Shown one piece after another: positions 9,200 to 18,590 of a stretch of DNA of 64,000 nt. The notes under the pieces were generated by a model. It did no database searches. It was not told where the DNA came from and saw nothing but the letters and a program-made list of their open reading frames with translations. The stretch is from Vulcanimicrobiota bacterium. GTDB lineage: Bacteria; Vulcanimicrobiota; Vulcanimicrobiia; Vulcanimicrobiales; Vulcanimicrobiaceae. Position 1 is the stretch's first letter, and every line of letters starts with the position of its first letter. The position numbers were made by a program, and so were the translations under genes. The stretch lies in the NCBI GenBank assembly GCA_963733295.1, contig CAVTCS010000003.1, positions 2,880,001 through 2,944,000 on the forward strand, given 5' to 3'.

Positions 9200-9904
9200 T
9201 CAACCCTGCTGAGCAAGCAGCTGCCGGGCGCGCGTGAAAACGGCGTCGAGCATCGTTTCGGTCAGGACTCCGGTGTTGGTGTTCTGACGGCTGGGGTGGT
9301 ATGAGGCGAGCAGCGTCACGCAGCGCGGCTGGGCGTCCCGCCGGGCCTGAGTTTCGGCAAGGTGCCCGAAGCGCGGCGCAGCCGGGAAGAGGTACCCGGC
9401 GGCGCGCAGGGCGTCGGCGGCGGCGCGCGTGCCGATCGCGCCCAGGCCGATCACGACGCTCAGCCCTGCGAGCGCGGCGAGCTCCTCGTCGAGGAACGGC
9501 GCGCAGGTGCGCAGCTGCCGTGGGGTCGGCTTGTTGCCCGGCGGCGCGCAGCGCAACGCGGCCGAGATCAGAACGCCCTCCAAGCGCATGCCGTCGGCCC
9601 GGTCGCGCTGCTCCGGCTGGCTCGCGAAACCGGCGCGGTGGAGCGCCCGGTAGAGCCAAACGCCCGACGCGTCGCCGGTGAACATGCGGCCGGTGCGGTT
9701 GGAGCCGTGGGCGCCGGGCGCGAGCCCGACGAGAAGCAGCCTAGCGAGCGGATCGCCGAAGGCCGGTACGGGTTTTCCCCAGTACGTCTGGTCGCGATAC
9801 TCGCGCCGTTTGGTGCGGGCGACTTCCGCGCAATACGCGCGCAGTTCGGGACAGCGGCGGCACGTGACGATGCGCCGCTCGATCGCGGCGAGACGGCCGC
9901 TCAC
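9200..9904 (-). CDS. Uracil-DNA glycosylase, family 5 (UdgB-like, 4Fe-4S)
   Basis: CRRCPEL, GLAPGAHGSNRTGRMFTGD, RCAPPGNKP and YHPSRQNTNTG motifs. Confidence 0.93.
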   Translation of the reverse strand: MSGRLAAIERRIVTCRRCPELRAYCAEVARTKRREYRDQTYWGKPVPAFGDPLARLLLVGLAPGAHGSNRTGRMFTGDASGVWLYRALHRAGFASQPEQRDRADGMRLEGVLISAALRCAPPGNKPTPRQLRTCAPFLDEELAALAGLSVVIGLGAIGTRAAADALRAAGYLFPAAPRFGHLAETQARRDAQPRCVTLLASYHPSRQNTNTGVLTETMLDAVFTRARQLLAQQG

Positions 9905-9958
9905 GCCGGAGGCTCGAGCGGGGGATGGCGCTGGGGAAACGAGGCGAAGCGGGAGGCG

Positions 9959-11179
9959 ATGGTAGAGACCCAACCTGGGATGGACCGGCGCGGCATGGCG
10001 TTGCTCGGCATCACGCACGTTGTCGATGACATGAACCAAAGCGCATTGCCGGCGTTGCTGCCATTTCTCATCGCGGAGCGCGGACTCTCCTACACCGCGG
10101 CCGCCGGGTTGATGCTTTTCGCGAGCTTGGCATCCTCGATCGTTCAGCCGGCGATCGGGCAACTTGCGGATCGCCGTCCGATGGCGTGGCTGATCGCGGT
10201 CGGCGTCTTCTTCGCGGGTGCGGGTCTCGCATTGGCGGGCGCGATGCCGAACTACTGGTCGATCGTCGCGTGCGTCGCGCTCAGCGGGCTCGGCATCGCG
10301 GCCTTTCATCCCGAAGCCGCGCGCTTCGCCAACTACGTCGCGGGCGCGAAGAAGGCAACCGGTATGCGCTGGTTCACGCTGGGCGGCAACGTCGGCTTCG
10401 CGCTCGGACCGCTGCTGCTGACGCCGCTGCTCGTCGTATTCGGATCTCGCGGCACGCTCTTCATCTTTATTCCGGCGTCGCTGATGGCGCTGGCCGTCGT
10501 GCGCGAGTTGCCGCGACTTCAAACCTTCGCGGCGCGCAAGCGCGTCAAGTCCGGTGCCGAGAGACGCGACCGCTGGGGGCCGTTCGGCGTGTTGACGACG
10601 TTCGTCATCCTGCGCTCGATGGCGTACATCGGCCTCGTGGCGTTCGTTCCGCTGTATTTCATCGCAACGTTGCACGCTTCGAAGCCGCTCGCCAACGTCG
10701 CGCTCACCTGCTTTCTCGTCGCCGGAGCGATCGGAACGATCTACGGCGGCAAACTCGCCGACCGCGTCGGCCGCCGGACGATTCTGATCGTCTCGATGTC
10801 GGCGAGCGCACCGCTGCTGTTCGCTTTCGTCAAGCTCACCTCGTCGGGCTCGAGCTACGCGTGGGCGGTGGCCGGAATCATGATCGTGGGCTTCGCGCTC
10901 GTCGCCTCGCAGACGGCGTTCGTCGTACTCGGCCAAGAATATCTGCCGAACCGTCTCGGCGTCGCTTCGGGGGTGACGCTGGGACTCGCCATCTCGCTCG
11001 GCGGCGCGGGTGCTCCGGTACTCGGCGCCCTTGCGGATCGTTTCGGCGTGGCGGCCGCGCTCGAGGCGATCGTGGGACTGCTCGTTCTGGCAGCGCTTTC
11101 GACGATGCTGCTGCCGCGCGAACGGCAGCGCCTCAGCGCAGCCCTGGAAAACCGAGCTGCATCAGCGCTGCGTACGTAA
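9959..11179 (+). CDS. MFS transporter, Fsr (fosmidomycin resistance) family
   Basis: HVVDDMNQSALPALLP, SSIVQPAIG, AAFHPEA and GGNVGFALGP motifs; about 12 hydrophobic segments; GGAGG SD. Confidence 0.9.
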   Translation: MVETQPGMDRRGMALLGITHVVDDMNQSALPALLPFLIAERGLSYTAAAGLMLFASLASSIVQPAIGQLADRRPMAWLIAVGVFFAGAGLALAGAMPNYWSIVACVALSGLGIAAFHPEAARFANYVAGAKKATGMRWFTLGGNVGFALGPLLLTPLLVVFGSRGTLFIFIPASLMALAVVRELPRLQTFAARKRVKSGAERRDRWGPFGVLTTFVILRSMAYIGLVAFVPLYFIATLHASKPLANVALTCFLVAGAIGTIYGGKLADRVGRRTILIVSMSASAPLLFAFVKLTSSGSSYAWAVAGIMIVGFALVASQTAFVVLGQEYLPNRLGVASGVTLGLAISLGGAGAPVLGALADRFGVAAALEAIVGLLVLAALSTMLLPRERQRLSAALENRAASALRT

Positions 11180-11654
11180 CGATTCCGGCGGCCGTCGAAA
11201 GGTTCAAGCTGCGCACCGTTCCTTCGCGCATCGGAACGCGCAGAGCTCGATCGGCGCGGGTTTCGAGCAGGGCACGCGGCAAGCCGCCCGTCTCCTTTCC
11301 GAAGACGAGTGCGTCTCCGAAAGCGAATTGCGCTTCGGCGTAGTTGCGCTGGGCGTGCGTCGAAAAGAGCCACAGCGGGTTCGCGAACTCGGCCAGAAAC
11401 GCGTCGAGCGAGTCGTGCAGAACGAGCGCGACGTCGTCCCAATAGTCGAGTCCGGCGCGCTTGAGCGCGCGATCGCCGATCGAGAACCCGAGCGGCGCGA
11501 CCAAGTGCAGCGCGCAGCCCGTTGCAGCGCAGAGCCGCGCGACGTTGCCCGTGTTCGGAGGGATTTGCGGTTCGACCAAAACGACGTTCAGAGGTGCCGC
11601 GCCCGAGGGTGCGCCTAAGCGCTCCGCCGGCTGCGTAGCGGCCTTTTCGCTCAC
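11133..11654 (-). CDS. trmL: tRNA (cytidine/uridine-34 2'-O)-methyltransferase
   Basis: EPQIPPNTGNVARLCA, LKRAGLDYW, FGKETGGLP and RSLNLS SPOUT motifs; GTGA overlap with the upstream gene. Confidence 0.93.
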   Translation of the reverse strand: MSEKAATQPAERLGAPSGAAPLNVVLVEPQIPPNTGNVARLCAATGCALHLVAPLGFSIGDRALKRAGLDYWDDVALVLHDSLDAFLAEFANPLWLFSTHAQRNYAEAQFAFGDALVFGKETGGLPRALLETRADRALRVPMREGTVRSLNLSTAAGIVTYAALMQLGFPGLR

Positions 11655-12529
11655 GAGTTGGCGAGCCGCGCCAGCCAGTCGACGCGTTCGGGCGTCACCG
11701 CGGCGTAGGCGATGCCGCCGTGTCCGATCCAAGCGCGCTCGAACTCGGAGGCCGGGTACGCAATCTGGACCGCCGGTTGCGCCGGATCGTTGAGCACCGG
11801 ATCGCCGTGCTCGTCGAAGCCGCAGAGCACGCCGAGATGTCCTTCGCTTTCGTCGAGCGGCGCGCGCGTGAGTTCTCCCCGCAGCCACGAATAGGACGCC
11901 GCGAGCGGAATCCCGGCTTCGATGAAACGCGACGCGTGGGGCAGGTCCCGAATCTGCACGACGGCGGCGCGCATGTCGAACGCGCTGATGAACGCGACGT
12001 TGAAGGCCCAATTCCCGGTCCCGCCGTAGGCGTCGTCCCGTACGCCTTTTGCAACCTTTGCGACGTCGCACGCATGTCCCCAGTAGCCGAGCAACATCGA
12101 GGTCGCGGCCGGCGAGCACCAGCCGAACTCGTTGGGATGATCGTCGACGTACTGCCGGAGGGGCGGCACGCGCAGCACGCGGTCGCGTAAGATGCGCGGA
12201 CGCTGTTGCTGCGGGCTGAAGCGCGCGGTCGAGACGGCGACGGCGTCCAGTTCGGCGTCGCTGCGCACCTCGATCGCGACGATGTCGCGCGGCGAGCGGA
12301 CGATGTCGATATCGCACGACGCGATCTCGTCGTGACCGCTGAGCGAGCGCCGCTCGCGCAAGCCCCATTCGACGTACGGCAGCCAGGTCGAGATTTGGCC
12401 GTCGCTGCGGTGCACCGAGATCTCGATGGTGCCTTGGGTCGCGCGCGAATTCCAGGAGAGGAGCGCTTCGCGCGCCCGTTCGGTCTCGAGCAAGCTGCGC
12501 CGTCCGCGCGGCACGACGATCGTGAGCAT
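11651..12529 (-). CDS. Peptidase C39-like protein, no signal peptide
   Basis: QY..GWCSPAATSM (Cys), GTGNWAFN, GHLGVLCGFD (His) and NDPA (Asp) motifs. Confidence 0.82.
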   Translation of the reverse strand: MLTIVVPRGRRSLLETERAREALLSWNSRATQGTIEISVHRSDGQISTWLPYVEWGLRERRSLSGHDEIASCDIDIVRSPRDIVAIEVRSDAELDAVAVSTARFSPQQQRPRILRDRVLRVPPLRQYVDDHPNEFGWCSPAATSMLLGYWGHACDVAKVAKGVRDDAYGGTGNWAFNVAFISAFDMRAAVVQIRDLPHASRFIEAGIPLAASYSWLRGELTRAPLDESEGHLGVLCGFDEHGDPVLNDPAQPAVQIAYPASEFERAWIGHGGIAYAAVTPERVDWLARLANS

Positions 12530-12533
12530 CAGT

Positions 12534-14165
12534 TTAGATCGCCCATTGCCACGAGTTCCAGTTGTCGGTGATGTACTCGGCCGGTTTGTAGCCGGTCAGA
12601 TCGCTGTTGTAGGCGGCCCGCGCGTTCTCCCAATAGAAGAAGACGGCGGGAACCAACTCGTGAATGCGCTCCTCTTCGATTTGGTACAGTGCTTTGCGGC
12701 GGCTGCGATCGAAGGTGCGCAGCGCTTCGTCGGAGGTGCGCGTGATCAGCGGATCGCGCAGGAAGCTCGTGTTCGCCCCGCGCGGCGGAACGAAATCGCC
12801 GCTCCAATCTCCCTGATTGTCGGGATCGGGGCCGCTCGTATCGATCGACCATTCGAGATCGTAACGGCCGCTGTAGAGCGGTCCGTCTTGCGCGAAGAGA
12901 TAGCTGGCCGGGTAGTTCTTGATTTGCAGCTCGACGCCGAGCGGGCGCACCTCCTGTTGCATCTCGACTTCGGCCTGCTCGTTGCCCGGTTTGTTCGTAG
13001 CCGAAATAACGAAGCGCAGCGGCTTGCCGGCGCGTACGCGCACGCCGCCGGGCCCGGGCTTCCAGCCGGCCGCGTCGAGCAGGCGCGCCGCGGCCGCCGG
13101 ATCGTGCGGGTAGAACGGAATCTTGGGTGCCGCCCATGAGTCGGGCGGAATGTCGCTCGTCGCGCGGACGTTCAAACCGCGATACACCTTCGCGTTCAAG
13201 CGGTTCCAATCGATCGCTTCCGCGAGCGCGAGCCGGACGCGCGGATCGTCGAGGCCGGGACGCGCGCAATTTATCGCCAGCCGCCGCCAGTTCGCAATGA
13301 GGTGCGTCTTGACCGTAATGCCGTCGAGGCCGGCGAGCCGCCCCACCATATTCTCGGGAACGTTCGGCAGAACGTCGATCTCGTGCGTCTGCAGTTCGGC
13401 GAAGAGTGAATCGGGATTCGGCACGATCCGCAAGCTCACCGCGTGGAGCTGCGGCGGTCCGCGCCAGTAGCGTGGATTCGCCTCGAATTCGAGCGACGAG
13501 CCGTGCTGCCACGCCCGCAAGGTGAACGGTCCGCTGGCGATCGGGCGTGCGTTGAACGGCGCGTCGTTCAGTTCGGCAAGCTTTCCTAACAAGTGCTCGG
13601 GCAGCGGCGGGTACGCGCTCCCGCCGCCGCCGCCCAAAATGCCGAGGACGTTCGCGCTGGGCCGCTTCAAGTGGAGGACCGCCGTGTAGTCGTCCGGGAG
13701 GTCGATTGCGGCGATGTCGTCCCAGCCGTAGCGCGCCTTCACGTTGTTCGCCGGGTTCATGACGGCGCGCCAAGTGAAGCGCAGGTCTCGCGCGGTCAGG
13801 GGCGCGCCGTCGGACCACTGGGCGCCATGCCGCCAGTGCAAGACGATCGTTCGTGAATCTTTCGAAATGCCGCCGTTCGCGTAGCTGGGCACGGCGGTTA
13901 CGAGCTCCGGAACGAATTCTCCATGTTCATCATATCGGAAGACGGGAGCGAAAATTAGCGCGTCGACCTGGTCCGTCGCGTCCGTATGAGCGAAAAGCGG
14001 ATCGAGGTTGTCGGGTTCGTCGCTGGTGCCGATTCGCACGTGCCCGGGGATCGTCCATGCGTGGCGGCCGCCGGCGGCGCCGGTTGAGACCTGGGTGCAA
14101 GCGCTTGCTGCCAGGGCAGTGGTCAGCACCGCGAGGCGCGCGGCCGCGACGGCCGGCGCTTTCAC
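12534..14165 (-). CDS. Peptide ABC transporter substrate-binding lipoprotein (OppA/DppA family 5)
   Basis: Lipobox LAASAC; EPDNLDP, WSDGAPLTARD, PIASGPF, NPRYWRG and DPRVRLAL motifs. Confidence 0.92.
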   Translation of the reverse strand: MKAPAVAAARLAVLTTALAASACTQVSTGAAGGRHAWTIPGHVRIGTSDEPDNLDPLFAHTDATDQVDALIFAPVFRYDEHGEFVPELVTAVPSYANGGISKDSRTIVLHWRHGAQWSDGAPLTARDLRFTWRAVMNPANNVKARYGWDDIAAIDLPDDYTAVLHLKRPSANVLGILGGGGGSAYPPLPEHLLGKLAELNDAPFNARPIASGPFTLRAWQHGSSLEFEANPRYWRGPPQLHAVSLRIVPNPDSLFAELQTHEIDVLPNVPENMVGRLAGLDGITVKTHLIANWRRLAINCARPGLDDPRVRLALAEAIDWNRLNAKVYRGLNVRATSDIPPDSWAAPKIPFYPHDPAAAARLLDAAGWKPGPGGVRVRAGKPLRFVISATNKPGNEQAEVEMQQEVRPLGVELQIKNYPASYLFAQDGPLYSGRYDLEWSIDTSGPDPDNQGDWSGDFVPPRGANTSFLRDPLITRTSDEALRTFDRSRRKALYQIEEERIHELVPAVFFYWENARAAYNSDLTGYKPAEYITDNWNSWQWAI

Positions 14166-15166
14166 GCGCCCGCCGCAGCCCGTTCGCGTACGCCGAGACC
14201 AGGTCCGTCGGGAAGCAGCAGCTTGCCGCCCGCATAGCTGAGGCCTTCGAACGGATCGCTCGCGGTCAAGAACGGGCCGTCGAGATCGGCCCAATCGACG
14301 AGCGGCGAGAGTTGCGCCGCCGCGGTGGCGAGGATCGCGCTCTCGACCATGCAGCCCAGCATGAGTTTGAGCTTGAGCGCGCGCGCGGTTGCGATCATCC
14401 CCAGCGCGCCGCGAATGCCGCCGCACTTCACCAGTTTCACGTTGACGCCGTCGACGCAACCTGCGAGTGCCGGCAGATCGCGCGCGTCGCGCGCGTCTTC
14501 ATCGGCGACCAGCGGAATCGCGCTACGCTCGCGGATGAAGCGCAAGCGCTCCGGCGTTCCGGCCGGAATCGGCTGCTCGCAGAACTCGATCTCGTAGCGT
14601 TCGAGTTCGCCCAGGATGCGCACCGCTTCGTCGGGCGTCCAAGCTTCGTTCGCGTCGACGCGCAAGGTCCCGGTATAACGGCTGCGAACCGCCGCGACGC
14701 GCTCGACGTCGTCGCCTCCGCCGAGTTTCAATTTGACGATCGGGTGCGAGCGAATCGCTTCGAGCTTGGCGAGGGTTGCGGACATGCCGTCCAAGCCGAT
14801 CGTGAACGACGTAAAGGGCGTCGCGTGGCGGTCGAGGCCGAGCAAGCGCCAGAGCGGCCGCCCGACGTCTTTGCCGATCAGGTCGTGCAATGCGAGATCG
14901 AATCCGCAGCGCGCAGCCGGCGGGATGCCGGTCAAGAGGACGTCGAGCGAGTACGGATCGTCGACGACGGGGGCGTGCTGCGCGAAGAACGCGAGCACCG
15001 ATTCGACGCTTTCCTGGTAACGGGGCGTCGGCGCGCTTTCGCCGAGGCCGGTCAACCCGTTCCAGTGCAGCCGAAAGAGAACCGTCCGCGCCGCCCGCTC
15101 GGAGCCCCTGGCGATCGTAAAGGTATGAACGAGCGGAAGCTCCAGCTCTTCGAGAACAAGCTGCAT
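14162..15166 (-). CDS. L-Ala-D/L-Glu dipeptide epimerase (enolase superfamily)
   Basis: FTIARG, KLKLG (KxK), VDANE, EQP, ADE, NVKLVKCGG, GCMVES and DLDG motifs. Confidence 0.92.
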   Translation of the reverse strand: MQLVLEELELPLVHTFTIARGSERAARTVLFRLHWNGLTGLGESAPTPRYQESVESVLAFFAQHAPVVDDPYSLDVLLTGIPPAARCGFDLALHDLIGKDVGRPLWRLLGLDRHATPFTSFTIGLDGMSATLAKLEAIRSHPIVKLKLGGGDDVERVAAVRSRYTGTLRVDANEAWTPDEAVRILGELERYEIEFCEQPIPAGTPERLRFIRERSAIPLVADEDARDARDLPALAGCVDGVNVKLVKCGGIRGALGMIATARALKLKLMLGCMVESAILATAAAQLSPLVDWADLDGPFLTASDPFEGLSYAGGKLLLPDGPGLGVRERAAAGA

Positions 15167-15215
15167 CGGCGCGCCTTCCGCCTGGGGCAATGCCCCCACC
15201 TTTTGGAGGCCCGCG

Positions 15216-15665
15216 CTAGCGACCCGCGACCCTCGCCAGCGCGTCGAGCGACGCGGCTTCGTTTACGCCGAGGCGTTGCGCAAAGCGGCGTTGCGCCGCG
15301 AGCCAGAACGGATAGGCCTTGCGCAAAAGCGCCGCGCCGCGTGCGGTCAGAAGCACGACCTTCGTACGGCCCTTTGCGTTTTCGAGCTTGACGAACTTGC
15401 GCGTCACGAGCGGCGCGAGGTTGCGCGTCAACGTCGTTCGATCCATCCCGAGCGCGTCCGCGAGCGGCGTGAGCGCGATGGAGCCCGCCCGTTCGACGCT
15501 CGCGAGCAGCGAATACTGCGTAACCCGAATTCCGACGGGCGCGAGTGCTTGGTCGTAGAGTTGGGTGACGCGTCGCGCGCTGCGGCGAAGTATCGCGCAG
15601 TGACACGCCGCCCGGTCCGCGGGAAGTACCCGGGCGGCTTCGGGACCGGCAGTTGCGCCAGGCAT
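15216..15665 (-). CDS. MarR-family transcriptional regulator
   Basis: CHCAILRRSARRVTQLYDQAL, TQYSLL, MDRTTLTRNL and LTARG motifs; start uncertain (15665 or 15674). Confidence 0.9.
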   Translation of the reverse strand: MPGATAGPEAARVLPADRAACHCAILRRSARRVTQLYDQALAPVGIRVTQYSLLASVERAGSIALTPLADALGMDRTTLTRNLAPLVTRKFVKLENAKGRTKVVLLTARGAALLRKAYPFWLAAQRRFAQRLGVNEAASLDALARVAGR

Positions 15666-15667
15666 AA

Positions 15668-15681
15668 ATTGCATATACAAT
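15668..15681. promoter_or_regulatory. Putative MarR operator overlapping a -10 box
   Basis: Imperfect palindrome ATTGCATATACAAT (12 of 14 positions symmetric) in the short divergent gap; contains TACAAT. Confidence 0.65.
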
Positions 15682-15691
15682 ACGCGGGCCG

Positions 15692-16975
15692 ATGAAACCT
15701 CGCAAAGCCGCCGGCACCCATTACGCCTGGCTCGTCGCCGCGTTAGCCTTTCTGGTCCTGCTGACCGCGGCCGGAATCCGCTCGACGCCTGGCGTGCTGA
15801 TGCTGCCGATGGAGCGCGACATGGGCTGGTCGGCGGCCACGATCTCGCTCGCCGTCGCGATCAACATCGCCTTGTTCGGCTTGATGGGTCCGTTCGCGGC
15901 GGCGCTGATGCAATCGATCGGCGTGCGCGCCACGCTGCTCTTGGGACTCGGCGTACTCGCGCTCGCGACGGCCGCGACCTCGCTGATCGCGACGCCGCTC
16001 GAACTCGTGTTGACCTGGGGCGTCGCGGTCGGGCTCGGCGTCGGACTGATCGGTTTGGTCGTTGCCGCCACCGTTGCGACCCGCTGGTTCGTCGAGTCGC
16101 GCGGCACCGTCGTCGGCATCTTGACCGCCGCGAATGCGACGGGTCAGCTCGTTTTTCTGCCGGCGTTCGCCGTGCTCGCGCAACGCTTCGGTTGGCGTCC
16201 GCTCGGTTTGATTCTGGCCGCACTGGCGTTGCTCGTCGCGGTTCCGGTTGCGCTCTTCATGCGCGACCGGCCCGAGTCGATCGGCTTGCGCGCGTACGGC
16301 GCTCCGCCGGGCGCGCCGCCCGTCGAGCCGCCGCTGCTGCGCAGCCGGAATCCGGTCGGCGCGGCGTTCGGGGCGCTCGCCCGCGCATCGCGAAAACTCG
16401 ACTTCTGGTTTCTGTTCGGGACGTTCTTCATCTGCGGCGCGAGCACGAACGGGTTCATCGGCACGCACTTCATCGCGGCCTGCGGCGATCACGGAATCCC
16501 CGAGGTGAGTGCCGCGGGTTATCTCGCGATGATGGGCGTGTTCGACTTGATCGGAACGACCGCGTCGGGCTGGCTGACCGATCGCTGGGACAGCCGCAAA
16601 CTCTTGTTTGCGTACTACGGACTGCGCGGACTTTCGCTGATCTTCGTGCCTTTCGCATTTGGCGTATCGGGGCTCGCCGGTCTGCCGCTCTTCGCGATGT
16701 TCTACGGTTTGGATTGGGTCGCCACCGTCCCGCCCACGGTCCGCTTGACGATCGATTCGTTCGGGAAGGACGAAGGGCCGATCGTTTTTGGTTGGATTAC
16801 GGCGGGCCATCAGTTGGGAGCCGCGTCGATCGCGCTCGTGGCCGGCATCATCCGGACCGGCGCCGGCAGCTACGACTCGGCCTTCACGCTTTCGGCCGTG
16901 CTCTGTTTCTGCGCGGCGGTCGCCGTGCTCGGAATCGGCGCCGGGCGGCGCAGCCCGCGTCCCGTCGCCGCATAA
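15692..16975 (+). CDS. MFS transporter
   Basis: About 12 hydrophobic segments; WFVESRG, FFICGAST and SGWLTDRWD motifs. Confidence 0.9.
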   Translation: MKPRKAAGTHYAWLVAALAFLVLLTAAGIRSTPGVLMLPMERDMGWSAATISLAVAINIALFGLMGPFAAALMQSIGVRATLLLGLGVLALATAATSLIATPLELVLTWGVAVGLGVGLIGLVVAATVATRWFVESRGTVVGILTAANATGQLVFLPAFAVLAQRFGWRPLGLILAALALLVAVPVALFMRDRPESIGLRAYGAPPGAPPVEPPLLRSRNPVGAAFGALARASRKLDFWFLFGTFFICGASTNGFIGTHFIAACGDHGIPEVSAAGYLAMMGVFDLIGTTASGWLTDRWDSRKLLFAYYGLRGLSLIFVPFAFGVSGLAGLPLFAMFYGLDWVATVPPTVRLTIDSFGKDEGPIVFGWITAGHQLGAASIALVAGIIRTGAGSYDSAFTLSAVLCFCAAVAVLGIGAGRRSPRPVAA

Positions 16976-16990
16976 CTCTTTTGGCATGTG

Positions 16991-17019
16991 CTGTCAAGAG
17001 TTGACCGAGGTGGGATAAT
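16991..17019 (+). promoter_or_regulatory. Sigma70-type promoter of the 6S RNA
   Basis: CTGTCA-N17-GATAAT with extended -10 TG, 7 nt upstream of the predicted RNA 5' end. Confidence 0.55.
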
Positions 17020-17026
17020 GGCGGGT

Positions 17027-17212
17027 AGACGACGACTGCGCTCGCACGCGTACTTGCTTTGGTGTGGACCAACGAAGAACCAACGGGAGCACAAGCTCCG
17101 GATACGACAGGCTAGGAGCGGCATACCCCATTCCTACCTGGCGCCCGGGCCGCACCCACCTGCGAGAGCAGGTCTTACCCGGGCATGCAGACGGCAAGTG
17201 TGGTCGTTGTCT
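17027..17212 (+). ncRNA. ssrS: 6S RNA
   Basis: About 186-nt intergenic sequence whose ends pair (AGACGACGAC/GTCGTTGTCT); contains GGGAGC, GCACCCACCTGC-GAGA-GCAGGTC and ACGGCA, as in Firmicutes-type 6S RNAs. Confidence 0.85.
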
Positions 17213-17221
17213 TTGGGAACC

Positions 17222-17962
17222 TTACGCGAGCGCCGCTAACGAGCGTGCGCGGAGCGTCGCAAAGCGCGCCAGCGCCGAGTGATACGCGTCGCGAGCGCCG
17301 TCGAGGCCGGCGCGCTCGAGCACGACGAAACCGCGAAAGCGTTGTAGCGCCGCGACCAAGCGCGCAGCGTCCGGATCACCCTCGCCGGCGAACGTCGTCA
17401 GGTTCGCGATCGAATACGTCGCGATGACCGACTTCGCTAGCAGCGACTGCGCATCGTCCAGCAGCGGCGACGCGAAGTCGGGTCCGTAGCGCAACCAAGC
17501 GCTGTCGACGTCCTTCGCGAGGCGCTTGAGGGAGGCGCCGTCCTCGCACAACGTTCCCGCCGCGTTGCGCAGCGCGAAGGTGACGTTGAGATCCTTCGCG
17601 AGGCGGCTCGCCGACTTGGCGCTTTCGACGAAGCGCCCCCAGGCGTCCGGATCGGCGCTCGCGGCCGGCGCGCGCACGGTGACGAGCGGCGCGCCCAGCG
17701 CTTGCGCTCGCTCGAGCGCTTCGCTCGCGTTTGCCCCGGCGAACGCTTCGGCGCCGAAACCGGCAACCGTCATACCGAGGTCGACGCACGCCTTGCGCAA
17801 CTGGGCGAGATACTCTCCGTCCCAGCGCGGGAAGTGGCGGGCGTCGAAGACGACGCCGTCGACCTCGAGCTCGTTCGCACAAAGATCGAGCCACTCGAGT
17901 TGCGTCAGCGTGCCGCCCCCAAGCGCGGCGTCGAAGCTCGCGCTCGAGCAAGCAACTTTCAT
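17222..17962 (-). CDS. Sugar phosphate isomerase/epimerase-like TIM-barrel protein
   Basis: Pattern LEVDGV..YLAQLRK..AQALGAPLVTV..NVTFALRN resembles the AP-endonuclease-2/xylose isomerase-like family; metal ligands look degenerate. Confidence 0.65.
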   Translation of the reverse strand: MKVACSSASFDAALGGGTLTQLEWLDLCANELEVDGVVFDARHFPRWDGEYLAQLRKACVDLGMTVAGFGAEAFAGANASEALERAQALGAPLVTVRAPAASADPDAWGRFVESAKSASRLAKDLNVTFALRNAAGTLCEDGASLKRLAKDVDSAWLRYGPDFASPLLDDAQSLLAKSVIATYSIANLTTFAGEGDPDAARLVAALQRFRGFVVLERAGLDGARDAYHSALARFATLRARSLAALA

Positions 17963-18060
17963 AGCGTGCCGCGTTCGTTCCGGCGCGCCAAGCTTCCGTC
18001 CCAGGCGCGCCGGCGGCGCAAGCGACGGGCCGCGCACCGCCCGGCGCGGAAGAATGGCGC

Positions 18061-18570
18061 ATGAAGATTGCAGTCGCCGGGGACCACGCGGGTTACCTTT
18101 ATAAGGATCGGATCGCTCAGCTCTTGCGCAGCAAAGGACACGAGGTCCAAGACTTCGGCACGAACTCCGCTGCGCCGGTCGACTATCCCGACTACGGCTT
18201 CGTCGTCGGCGAGGCGGTAGCGAGCGGTAAGTTCGAGCGCGGAGTCCTGGTCTGCGGCTCGAGTCTGGGCATTTCGATCGCCGCAAACAAAGTCGAAGGC
18301 ATACGCTGCGCCCCGGTTTTCGAGCCGTACTCGTGCGAGCTCTCGCGGCGCCACAACGACGCGAACGTCCTGGGTCTGAGCGAGCGTCTTACGGGCTGGG
18401 AGATGATCGAACGGCTGATCGAGGTCTTCTTCGAAACGCCCTTTGACGGCGGGCGCCACGCGCACCGCATCGCGAAACTCGACTACACACCCGAGGTCCG
18501 CGCCAAGGCGCTCGCCGACTTGGCACGGGGAACCGTGACCGGCGCCGAGACGCCGGCGGTGCTCCTCTAA
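18061..18570 (+). CDS. rpiB: Ribose-5-phosphate isomerase B
   Basis: [30 protein letters not shown] and FDGGRH motifs. Confidence 0.96.
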   Translation: MKIAVAGDHAGYLYKDRIAQLLRSKGHEVQDFGTNSAAPVDYPDYGFVVGEAVASGKFERGVLVCGSSLGISIAANKVEGIRCAPVFEPYSCELSRRHNDANVLGLSERLTGWEMIERLIEVFFETPFDGGRHAHRIAKLDYTPEVRAKALADLARGTVTGAETPAVLL

Positions 18571-18590
18571 CTGCCGCCGAAAGAAACGAC

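Noticed and set aside
9905..10936. 578-aa ORF 9200-10936 as a long UDG fusion
   Set aside because: The upstream part is the antisense shadow of the MFS gene; UDG homology begins near 9904.
16870..17282. Several short ORFs across the 6S region
   Set aside because: No protein-like features; the region is better explained by the 6S RNA and its promoter.
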